Source of the DNA: an uncultured Arcobacter sp.
Lineage (GTDB): Bacteria > Campylobacterota > Campylobacteria > Campylobacterales > Arcobacteraceae
Reading direction: 5' to 3'
Assembly (NCBI GenBank): GCA_965140705.1
Contig: OZ223300.1
Coordinates: 352,001 to 416,000 of the forward strand
Length of the DNA: 64,000 nt
Both the position numbers and the translations under genes were made by a program. Within the stretch, counting starts at the first letter, position 1. The number at the start of each line of letters is the position of its first letter. The notes beneath the pieces were generated by a model, which worked only from the letters and a program-made list of their open reading frames with translations, was not told the DNA's origin and ran no database searches. Below are positions 1 to 8,236 of the stretch, one piece after another.

Positions 1-631
1 GCTTTCTATTTCCACTTGGATTTATTTCATATATAAAAAAACCAGCTTCATACATAGATAATCTTACATTTGTAGAGATAGAATAGGTTGTCATAATTGC
101 ATCATTTTTACAAAGTTTAAAAATATCTTGAAAATACTCTACACTCCAAAGTTCTTTATTCACATCACTTGAAAAAGCATCTTGATATACTATATCTATA
201 TCACTTAGAGTTTTGATATATTTTCTTGCATCTCCAATAAAAACTTCTATTTTAATATTTTCATCTTCATATGAAAAAGTCTTTGCAATAGAATCAATGA
301 TATGTTTTATTTTTTCAAACTCTTTAGGAAAATCAAATTTATCTAAACTTCTTACAAGTTTTTCATCTAATTCAGGTGAATAAATTTCTAGATTTATATC
401 TAAGTTGTTTTCTAAAATATAATAAATAGTAGAAAAAGTGTTATATCCAATACCAAAACAAATATCTAAAATTTTTAGCTTTTTTAATTCTTTTTTTAAT
501 GTAAGTGAGGGAATAACATGTTTATTTAAAGACTCTTTTATGGCACCAGTTTTGAGATCATGAAAGTGTTGGTTATATTTTGTAGAATAAAGGGTATTTG
601 ACCCGTCAATTGTTTGAATAGGATTATTCAT
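1..631 (-). CDS. mnmD: tRNA mnm5s2U34 methyltransferase (MnmD / MnmC N-terminal domain), runs off the window edge
   Basis: Not in ORF track. ATG at 631 reads MNNPIQTIDGSNTLYSTKYNQHFHDLKTGAIKESLNKHV...; later LDICFGIGYN (SAM motif) and YQDAFS, typical of MnmC-type methyltransferases. Confidence 0.8.
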   Translation of the reverse strand, partial: MNNPIQTIDGSNTLYSTKYNQHFHDLKTGAIKESLNKHVIPSLTLKKELKKLKILDICFGIGYNTFSTIYYILENNLDINLEIYSPELDEKLVRSLDKFDFPKEFEKIKHIIDSIAKTFSYEDENIKIEVFIGDARKYIKTLSDIDIVYQDAFSSDVNKELWSVEYFQDIFKLCKNDAIMTTYSISTNVRLSMYEAGFFIYEINPSGNRK

Positions 632-673
632 GTAGGTTTTAAGAGATATAAAAATATCTCTTAAATATCTTTC

Positions 674-1189
674 TTAGTTTCCTAAAGATGCTAGTTTATC
701 GTCTGATAAATAAAGCTCTTCATTTGACATTACGCCAATTTCATGAGATAAAATATCTCTTGCTATATCTTTTGCTTCTTCTAGTGAGTGCATATTACAT
801 GTACCACATTGGTAAATATTCAATTCTGGGATATCCTCTTGTTTTGCAACCTTTAAAACATCTTCCATAGCAGCTTTCCATGCAGCAGCAACTGTCTCTT
901 CTTTTGGACTTCCAAGTAGACTCATATAAAAACCAGTTCTACAACCCATTGGTGAAACATCAATGATTTCAACAGTAGGAGAGTTTAAGTGTTCTCTAAT
1001 AAATCCAGCAAAAAGGTGTTCTAATGTATGAATCCCTTTTTCACTCATCATATCTTTATTTGGTACATAAAATCTTAAATCAAATACTGTAATAATATCA
1101 CCAGATGGTGACTTCATTGTTTTTGCAACTCTAACTGCAGGTGCGGGCATAATTGTATGATCAACTTTAAAACTATCTAATAATGGCAT
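674..1189 (-). CDS. luxS: S-ribosylhomocysteine lyase
   Basis: [11 protein letters not shown] start, HTLEHLFAG and [10 protein letters not shown] motifs. Confidence 0.98.
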   Translation of the reverse strand: MPLLDSFKVDHTIMPAPAVRVAKTMKSPSGDIITVFDLRFYVPNKDMMSEKGIHTLEHLFAGFIREHLNSPTVEIIDVSPMGCRTGFYMSLLGSPKEETVAAAWKAAMEDVLKVAKQEDIPELNIYQCGTCNMHSLEEAKDIARDILSHEIGVMSNEELYLSDDKLASLGN

Positions 1190-1261
1190 ATAATATCCTT
1201 CAATTTTGTTATAAAAGGGATTTTAACTTAAAGTTAATAAATTGATGATTATATATTATAA

Positions 1262-1612
1262 TTAATAAAGATTTTCTCTAACCATTTTTTTAAAAGCTTT
1301 CATATGAACTTTGAGCATATTTGGTATGATATCCTCTTTACATGCATGAACAATATTTGCATACTCTGGTTTAGAGTAAATTGTTGCTCTATCTCGTGCA
1401 AGAAGTATAAGCCTATTCATATCATCATCTAAAATAATATCTTCTCTATCTGTTATTGCATCATACACATAAAAAAACATTCTTCTCTCTTCACTTGACA
1501 TTTGACAAGAATCATCAAGCATTTTAAGTGCTAGTTTTCCTGCATACTCTATTTCTATAGGTGTAAACTCATGTGTATATGCCCAATCATAAGCTTTTTT
1601 AAGTATATCCAT
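1262..1612 (-). CDS. Hypothetical protein, 116 aa, last gene of the hemerythrin/MoxR/VWA cluster
   Basis: Clean ORF with AGGAG SD, 9 nt from the upstream gene's stop; no recognised motif. Confidence 0.8.
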   Translation of the reverse strand: MDILKKAYDWAYTHEFTPIEIEYAGKLALKMLDDSCQMSSEERRMFFYVYDAITDREDIILDDDMNRLILLARDRATIYSKPEYANIVHACKEDIIPNMLKVHMKAFKKMVRENLY

Positions 1613-1621
1613 TTTATCTCC

Positions 1622-2185
1622 TTAGTCCATATATGGGATGTCTAAATTTGCATCTCTATCATTTGCACTAAAATCAAAACTATCATCAACAATTAGTTTT
1701 GATAAGTTTTTTTCTATAACTTTTACTTGTAGTTTATGGTAAGTATTATTTTCTATATTTTTTTTGATTTCATTTTTGTAAAAATTTAAAATTATAGGAT
1801 GAAGTTTTGTTTGATTTTTTATTAAGTTATCCAAAAATTTATTTAATAAAGAAATATCAAACTCATCTATTTTTTCCAATTTTCTAACTAAATTTCTTAC
1901 AAACTGTTTTTGATGGTAACCTTCACTTAAATCCAAAAGTTTTGATGCAGCAAAAATATCAGCCTCTTGAGCTGAATAATTATATAAATATCTAAAGTGG
2001 TCACAAACTATTTCTATATATTTAGGATAATATTTTAAAACAAAAACAAGCTCTTTTAAATCTCCATCAATAAGTACTTGAAACAGAGTTGCTGTCCTTT
2101 TTTCTATCTTATCCCAATGTGAACCATGCTCTTTAAATTCACCTAAAAATTTTTCATAATTTTCTAATTTATAACTTTCTTCCAT
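1622..2185 (-). CDS. Hypothetical helical protein, paralog of 2222..2923
   Basis: ATG at 2185 preferred over TTG at 2200, which lies inside the -12 box. Ungapped similarity to the neighbouring gene. Confidence 0.8.
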   Translation of the reverse strand: MEESYKLENYEKFLGEFKEHGSHWDKIEKRTATLFQVLIDGDLKELVFVLKYYPKYIEIVCDHFRYLYNYSAQEADIFAASKLLDLSEGYHQKQFVRNLVRKLEKIDEFDISLLNKFLDNLIKNQTKLHPIILNFYKNEIKKNIENNTYHKLQVKVIEKNLSKLIVDDSFDFSANDRDANLDIPYMD

Positions 2186-2195
2186 GATATTTATA

Positions 2196-2211
2196 TGCAA
2201 GATTTGTACCT
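2196..2211 (-). promoter_or_regulatory. Putative sigma54 (-24/-12) promoter
   Basis: Minus strand AGGTACAAATCTTGCA = GG-N10-GC with TTGCA; predicted +1 falls on the ATG at 2185. Confidence 0.6.
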
Positions 2212-2221
2212 TGCTTTCTAA

Positions 2222-2923
2222 TTAAATCAGTTTATTAGCAAGTTTTTCTAAACTCTTTTTTTGCAAAACATGTAGGTCTGAATTTTTTGTCCAAAGATAG
2301 GTTTGTTTTTTGTAGTAGTTTAAAATTATCTCGTGGACACTATCTTTTATCTTTAATGTATTTTCCAATAACTCTTTAAGCTCTGAACTGTCAAGCTCTT
2401 TAAAATCTGGTAGTTTCATATATAAAGCCTTGATTAGTTTTTCATCTATAAATTTTTTGGATTTTTGTAAGAATTTTGTGGCTTCTATTTCACTAGCATT
2501 TATATCATTCCATTTCCTTCCATTTTTTAGTTGGTCTATGGCAACTGGCAAGTATACAGGAACCAAATCCAAGACTTTGTTTAACTCTACAAAATCATCA
2601 TCAACTAAACTTCTAAAAAGCATTCTTGCTCTATTTCTTATTTTCCCTCTTAGATTATCTTTTTCAATAACATCTTTATGTAGAAGTTGAAATCTTTTTA
2701 GTGCAGGTAATTTTGAGTGATTAAAAGCCATTATAGAGACTATTGGATGCTCATCTGCTATTTGTTCTTCCCTTGAGCCATTTGGTCTACAAAATGCCCA
2801 ATAAAGTCTAGCTTCCATATCTTCATGGTTTAGATATTTCTCATCACCTAAGCTTTCAAAATCAGCTTCATCTTTTAATAGTTCAACTTCCTCTTTATAG
2901 GTTAAATTGAATAACTCTTCCAT
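2222..2923 (-). CDS. Hypothetical helical protein, paralog of 1622..2185
   Basis: ORF overlapping the stop of the VWA gene; start at 2923 (ATG) or 2932 (TTG). Confidence 0.8.
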   Translation of the reverse strand: MEELFNLTYKEEVELLKDEADFESLGDEKYLNHEDMEARLYWAFCRPNGSREEQIADEHPIVSIMAFNHSKLPALKRFQLLHKDVIEKDNLRGKIRNRARMLFRSLVDDDFVELNKVLDLVPVYLPVAIDQLKNGRKWNDINASEIEATKFLQKSKKFIDEKLIKALYMKLPDFKELDSSELKELLENTLKIKDSVHEIILNYYKKQTYLWTKNSDLHVLQKKSLEKLANKLI

Positions 2924-4121
2924 AACTCTCAAACCTTTTTAGATTTTTTCTATCACTGATTATAAATATAGTATTACTAACTAAAGACTCATTTATATCA
3001 AACTCCCCATCGCTTAGTACCATAAGTAGGTTTTCACTTCTTATTTCACTTGATTTTTTTAGATACTTTAAGACTTCATCAAAATCAGTTCCGCCATCAC
3101 TTTTAGGAATAAAAAGTTCTTCTTGATTTAGAGGATTAAAGCTATCAAATTTTATGATATGTTCCTCTTTTACTTTTAAATCAAAGGGTAAAACAATTAC
3201 TTTATATTCATAAAAGCCATCACATACATCCTTTACTACACCTAAAAACTTTTTATACTCATCTAAACTAACACTTGAAGAGCTATCAATGGCTATATAT
3301 ACTTCTATTAGTTCATCACTTTTTTTATTTCCAGGTAGATATAAACCACTGTGGATAAATCTTTTGTTTGGCCTATTGTAAGTGCTTGTTTTTTCAAAAA
3401 GTGAAGCTATTAGATACTCTTTTAGGCTATCTTGTAGAGAAATTTCTGGTTTTATCAAAGTATCAATTTCCACTTGTAAGTCTGCATACTCTTTTGAAGA
3501 TTTTTTAGCGATTGACAAAGCTTGTATAATAATACCATCAAGTTTTTCTCTATCTCCTTGATTTGTTTTATCATCATTGACTTCTTCAATATCAAGTTTA
3601 GAATTATCATAAATATATGATTTTAACTTACCTTTTTCATTTGGTTTTGTTTTTATCTCTTCATCTTCTTTTTTCTCTTGGCTAGATGATTCGCTATTTT
3701 CTTCTTGTTCTTTATATAAAATCTCATAAACCTCTTCCACACATTTATTTTCTAAATCAAGGTCGAGAATCTCATCTTTTGGTATCTCTCCTATATTGGA
3801 AAATTTTGACATGACAAGATTGATAACTAAATCACATGCTTGATTCCAAAGCTTTTTTTCCCTTCTTTTTTGTCTGTAAGGATGTTTAAGTACTATATGT
3901 AAAAGTGTATGGGCATAAAGATATGTTATCTCATCATCACTATAAGTTGAAAGTTTTTCTAAATCCACACTTATATACATGCCATTTGTTTGAAAGGCAC
4001 TAAATTTATTTTGAGTATAATTTGTGGGAATTGATAGTGCAAGGACTGATAAAAAGGGATGATTAAATAAAAAATTTATTCGAATCTTTTGAAAAATCTC
4101 ATCATATGATGTATTGTCCAT
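2895..4121 (-). CDS. DUF2201-type metallopeptidase-like domain plus C-terminal VWA domain protein (MoxR partner)
   Basis: AHTLLHIVLKH, WNQACDLVIN, acidic linker, RPNKR..LYLPG, MIDAS DSSSS...GGTDF...SDG. ATG 4121 has a GGAG SD. Confidence 0.88.
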   Translation of the reverse strand: MDNTSYDEIFQKIRINFLFNHPFLSVLALSIPTNYTQNKFSAFQTNGMYISVDLEKLSTYSDDEITYLYAHTLLHIVLKHPYRQKRREKKLWNQACDLVINLVMSKFSNIGEIPKDEILDLDLENKCVEEVYEILYKEQEENSESSSQEKKEDEEIKTKPNEKGKLKSYIYDNSKLDIEEVNDDKTNQGDREKLDGIIIQALSIAKKSSKEYADLQVEIDTLIKPEISLQDSLKEYLIASLFEKTSTYNRPNKRFIHSGLYLPGNKKSDELIEVYIAIDSSSSVSLDEYKKFLGVVKDVCDGFYEYKVIVLPFDLKVKEEHIIKFDSFNPLNQEELFIPKSDGGTDFDEVLKYLKKSSEIRSENLLMVLSDGEFDINESLVSNTIFIISDRKNLKRFESYGRVIQFNL

Positions 4122-5109
4122 ACTGCTCCATCCATGAATCAAAGGCTTCAAGTTCAGCTATATCTTCATCTTTGATGATTAAATCTTTTATTAGCATTAC
4201 ATTAAACTCAACTGGTAATTTATTGCAATACTCAAAAAGATTTGTTGCCTGTTCAGTTTTTTGATACTTTTCAATAATAGCTGCACAAAGGGCATATAAA
4301 GCACTTGGTTCACTAGGTACTATATCTGATTGCCCAGATAAAATAGCATCTATGTCAGGTAAAGTTTTATAAACTTTTACAAAAGATATAAACTCAATGC
4401 CTGCGCCATAACCTACAGCTCCATAAATGATAGGATTGATACTATTTATATCACTACTTTTTTTAATGATATTTGATAACATATCCCAAGCTCTTGGAGT
4501 ACAAAAGGCTGGATTTGTTTCACTTGATGAGGGAACTTCTGTACTTAGTAAATCAGGTCTAAATCCTAAAAAACCTATTATAAAAGGATGAACCTCATTT
4601 TTAATTGCCCAGATTTTAAAATCCTCATATTTAGCTTCAAGAACAATATGAACCATTCGATTTATCAAAGGACTAGGTAGTTTAAAAACAATACCTTTAT
4701 CATCTATTTTATTTCCTGCACAAACTATTCTCCAGCCTTTTGGCATAGAATATTCGCCTATTTTTCTATCAAGAACAAGTTGATAAATAGCCGCTTGAAC
4801 AGAGAGTGGGGCAGAGTTTAATTCATCTAAAAAAAGTATTCCTTTAGAGTTTTCATTTGAGGGTAAAAATATTGGCGGCATCCATTTTGTTTGCTCATTT
4901 GTGATAGTTGGAATCCCCCTTAAATCTATGGCATCAAGTTGGGATAAACGTACATCAATGATTTCCAAATCATTTTGTTTTGCTATGTTATTTACAATAT
5001 ACGACTTACCAATTCCAGGACTTCCATGTATGAAGACAGGAATATCTGTATCAATTAAAGTTTGTAGTTGTTTATATAAGTCTTGGGTACCAATAGCTGG
5101 AGTTATCAT
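4102..5109 (-). CDS. MoxR-family AAA+ ATPase
   Basis: Walker A GSPGIGKS, Walker B LFLDELN, IVCAGN, LPSPLINR, TPRAW; overlaps the VWA gene. Confidence 0.9.
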   Translation of the reverse strand: MITPAIGTQDLYKQLQTLIDTDIPVFIHGSPGIGKSYIVNNIAKQNDLEIIDVRLSQLDAIDLRGIPTITNEQTKWMPPIFLPSNENSKGILFLDELNSAPLSVQAAIYQLVLDRKIGEYSMPKGWRIVCAGNKIDDKGIVFKLPSPLINRMVHIVLEAKYEDFKIWAIKNEVHPFIIGFLGFRPDLLSTEVPSSSETNPAFCTPRAWDMLSNIIKKSSDINSINPIIYGAVGYGAGIEFISFVKVYKTLPDIDAILSGQSDIVPSEPSALYALCAAIIEKYQKTEQATNLFEYCNKLPVEFNVMLIKDLIIKDEDIAELEAFDSWMEQYGQYII

Positions 5110-5117
5110 CTATATTC

Positions 5118-5306
5118 CTATGAAAGTTTTATATTTTTTATTAGTGCATTTAAATCAGTGTTCAATGTTGAGATTTTTTCTAAGATTTTTTGTTTCTGTT
5201 CAGCATTTAAAGTAAATTTACTATCAATAGTTTCATACATTTTTAGGCTATCGGCAAAAATATTTTGCATAATTTCTTGTTTTATTTTATCTTCAAAAAG
5301 TCCCAT
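5118..5306 (-). CDS. Small hypothetical protein, 62 aa
   Basis: Strong AAGGAGA SD; fills the gap between hemerythrin and the AAA gene. Confidence 0.75.
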   Translation of the reverse strand: MGLFEDKIKQEIMQNIFADSLKMYETIDSKFTLNAEQKQKILEKISTLNTDLNALIKNIKLS

Positions 5307-5323
5307 TATATCTCCTTTGATTA

Positions 5324-5722
5324 CTACTCAAATTTATTTAAGTGGAAAACTAAATCACTATCCATATTTGTCAAATGAAAATCAAACCATTCGGGTAGTT
5401 TTTCTATAAAGTATGATTTCAACATCTTTTTACCAAATATTGAGTGGGAATTTTTTATAAAATATTCCATCTCTGCTAAGGCTTTGTAGTGTTCATCTTT
5501 ATGCTCTTTTATAGTTGGATAATTGTATTTTTCCATAAGAGACTCTTCTTCTTGGAAGTGTTTTTCACTATGAATTAATAATTCTTTTGATGTTTGTATT
5601 ATGCTTTCGAAAGAGTTTATATCAGCACTTGCATATATATCAAGGAACTCTTTATGTAATGTATCTATTTTTTCATGATTAAGTATATGAGTACTTTTAT
5701 TAAATTCTTTGATTTTATTCAT
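5324..5722 (-). CDS. Single-domain bacteriohemerythrin
   Basis: Di-iron ligand pattern IDTLHK, HFQEEE, EHKDEH, WFDFHLTNMD. Confidence 0.93.
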   Translation of the reverse strand: MNKIKEFNKSTHILNHEKIDTLHKEFLDIYASADINSFESIIQTSKELLIHSEKHFQEEESLMEKYNYPTIKEHKDEHYKALAEMEYFIKNSHSIFGKKMLKSYFIEKLPEWFDFHLTNMDSDLVFHLNKFE

Positions 5723-5733
5723 ATATTGCTATA

Positions 5734-5749
5734 TGCAAGTTTTATTCCA
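5734..5749 (-). promoter_or_regulatory. Putative sigma54 (-24/-12) promoter
   Basis: Minus strand TGGAATAAAACTTGCA = GG-N10-GC; predicted +1 about 5723, next to the hemerythrin ATG, which has no SD. Confidence 0.7.
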
Positions 5750-5795
5750 AGTTTTTTATAAGTGATATTTTGCTAAAAAGTTCTAAAGGACAATT

Positions 5796-6488
5796 ATGAA
5801 ATTTGAAAAGCTTTATAGGGGCAAATTAATAAAAAGATATAAAAGATTTTTGGCTGATATTATTTTAGATAGTGGGGAAGAGATAACAGCTCATGTACCA
5901 AATAGTGGTGCGATGACTTCTTGTATAGAAGAGAATTGTCCTGTGTGGGTGACTTTTCATGATAATCCAAAAAGAAAGTTAAAATACACTTTGGAACTAA
6001 CAAAGATGCAGGATATTTTGATTTGTACAAATACAGGTGTTGCTAATAAGATTGCCATAGAGGCCATAAAAAATGGTACTATTAAAGAATTACAAGGATA
6101 TAGTTCTCTTACTCCTGAGCAGAAGTATGGGATAAACTCTAGAATTGATATTTTATTAGAAAATGAAAATGAAAAGTGTTATGTGGAAGTAAAAAGTGTA
6201 AGTTTAAAGTTAAATGATTATTTAGCTTTCCCAGATGCTGTAACTACAAGAGGCAAAAAACATTTAGATGAATTGGTTTCTATGGTAAAAGAAGGGCATA
6301 GAGCTGTGATGTTATATGTTATACAAAGAACTGATAATCTACCTTTTTCAATTGCAAAAGAGATTGACCCAAAATATAATGAAGCTTTAAAAGAGGCTAT
6401 GAATAGTGGTGTTGAGGTCTTAGTTTATCAATCAGATATTACACTTGAAGAGATAAATTTAAAAAAGAAATCATGTTTACAAATATAA
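5796..6488 (+). CDS. sfsA: SfsA nuclease-like protein (sugar fermentation stimulation protein)
   Basis: RYKRFLADI, AHVPNSGAM, YVEVKSV, FPDAVTTRGKKHL. Confidence 0.95.
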   Translation: MKFEKLYRGKLIKRYKRFLADIILDSGEEITAHVPNSGAMTSCIEENCPVWVTFHDNPKRKLKYTLELTKMQDILICTNTGVANKIAIEAIKNGTIKELQGYSSLTPEQKYGINSRIDILLENENEKCYVEVKSVSLKLNDYLAFPDAVTTRGKKHLDELVSMVKEGHRAVMLYVIQRTDNLPFSIAKEIDPKYNEALKEAMNSGVEVLVYQSDITLEEINLKKKSCLQI

Positions 6489-6495
6489 GAACTAT

Positions 6496-7560
6496 CTATT
6501 CTAACCTTTTTGCAAAGATATTAGATAAATTCATTACTAAAAAGAGTCTAACTATATGATGAACTGCAATATATGGAACATTTGCACCTACAATAATAGC
6601 TATTAAGTTTATATCTGCTTGTCCACCTGGAGCAAAGGCTAAAAGAATAGACATAATTGGAAAATCAAAAAAATAACTAACAGTTAAAGTAAAAGCTGTT
6701 GTTATACAAGCTAGGATTATAAAGTGACCAAAGGTAGAAAGTAGAGTTTTAATAACTATATCTAACTTTATACCTTTAAAGGTAAATCCAATGATTGTTC
6801 CAAAAATTACTTGCACAAATTTTAGTAATTCATCAGGTGGTCTTGAATCAACAAAACCAATACTAAAAGCAAAAATACTTAGAAACATTGGACCCATTAA
6901 AAAAGCAGCAAAAAGATTTAATTTTTTTCCAATAATTGCACCAATTGTTCCTATACAGACAAGATAAAAAAGCTGTTTTAAATCAATTTGACTTAAGGTT
7001 TCGGTAATAACTTGGTTACCACTTACATCTACATTAAAAATATAATGAATGATAAAAGGTAAGCTTAAAACTATAAATAAAAGTCTAGAAGATTGTACAA
7101 GTGTAATTTTTCTTGTATCAGCTTTTATTTGCTCCCCTAAAATAACAAGTTCAATCAAACCTCCAGGAATAGAGCAAAAGAAGGCAGTTTTTTTATCAAA
7201 ATGTAATATTCTATAATAATAAAACATTCCCAATAAAATTGTGATAATCGTAAAAGGTATAACAAGTAGTAAAGAGAAAAAATAGACATTTAAATAGTTG
7301 AAAATTTCAGGACTAAAAGCACTTCCAATGGTTACCCCTATTATAATTCTTGCTGGGCTAGAAAATATTTTTGGACTTTTTAATGGAAGAGTATCATATC
7401 TTACTGCAAAAGAAGTTGCACAAATAGCACCTAAAAGCCAAGGAATTGGCAAATTTAAATATATGAAAATAAGAGAACCAAAAGCACCAATACAGAGTGT
7501 TAATATTATTTTTAATAAATCATTAATTGCATTTGTAAAGGAAACCTTATTTATATTCAT
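6496..7560 (-). CDS. AbrB-family duplicated membrane protein
   Basis: Two hydrophobic repeats (PWLLGA..PGG / AFLMGPM..APGG); a common neighbour of tct genes. Confidence 0.85.
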   Translation of the reverse strand: MNINKVSFTNAINDLLKIILTLCIGAFGSLIFIYLNLPIPWLLGAICATSFAVRYDTLPLKSPKIFSSPARIIIGVTIGSAFSPEIFNYLNVYFFSLLLVIPFTIITILLGMFYYYRILHFDKKTAFFCSIPGGLIELVILGEQIKADTRKITLVQSSRLLFIVLSLPFIIHYIFNVDVSGNQVITETLSQIDLKQLFYLVCIGTIGAIIGKKLNLFAAFLMGPMFLSIFAFSIGFVDSRPPDELLKFVQVIFGTIIGFTFKGIKLDIVIKTLLSTFGHFIILACITTAFTLTVSYFFDFPIMSILLAFAPGGQADINLIAIIVGANVPYIAVHHIVRLFLVMNLSNIFAKRLE

Positions 7561-8194
7561 TTATATCCTTATATTCTTTACTAATTTGATCATAAAACTC
7601 TATTGAGCCATCAATTAAATTATAATACCAACCATGAATAGTAATCTCTTTTGTAAGAACTTTTCTTTTTATTGCTGGATAGGTTATCAGATTTTCTAAT
7701 TGGCATATTATAGAGTTTTTTTCTGTTGCTTTATATAAATCTTCTTTGTTTTTACATAGATGTTTAGTTTTTAGGGTCATATCCTTTGCTTTTTTACCCA
7801 ACTCTAACCATTTTCTTATATTTATATAATCATCTGTATCTGGAATATCTTCATATAAACTTTGGCAAGCTCCACAATATGAATGTCCACAAACAATTAT
7901 ATTTGATACTTTTAAGACTGAAACTGCATATTCTATAGCAGAAGCATTACCATGAAAGTCACCATTTGCACTATATGGAGGTACAAAATTGCCTATGTTT
8001 CTAAGGGTAAATAAATCACCTGGTTTATTTCCTACCATAAAATCAGTTGTTATTCTACTATCGCAACAACTTATAAATAAAATCTCAGGTTTCTGACCAT
8101 TTGTGATTAGTTCATTAAGGTCATCTTTAAATTCTTCAAAATGATATTTACGAAATAACTTATTACCTCGTATTAAATTTTTTATTGGATTCAT
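7547..8194 (-). CDS. Beta-class carbonic anhydrase
   Basis: CCDSR, RNIGN, HSYCGA zinc motifs. Confidence 0.95.
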   Translation of the reverse strand: MNPIKNLIRGNKLFRKYHFEEFKDDLNELITNGQKPEILFISCCDSRITTDFMVGNKPGDLFTLRNIGNFVPPYSANGDFHGNASAIEYAVSVLKVSNIIVCGHSYCGACQSLYEDIPDTDDYINIRKWLELGKKAKDMTLKTKHLCKNKEDLYKATEKNSIICQLENLITYPAIKRKVLTKEITIHGWYYNLIDGSIEFYDQISKEYKDINEYK

Positions 8195-8236
8195 AAAATA
8201 TGATATCTATAAAAAATGTAATTAAAATCAAATTAT

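Noticed and set aside
5750..5950. NifA upstream activator site (TGT-N10-ACA) for the sigma54-like promoter
   Set aside because: None spotted by eye, so the activator cannot be assigned.
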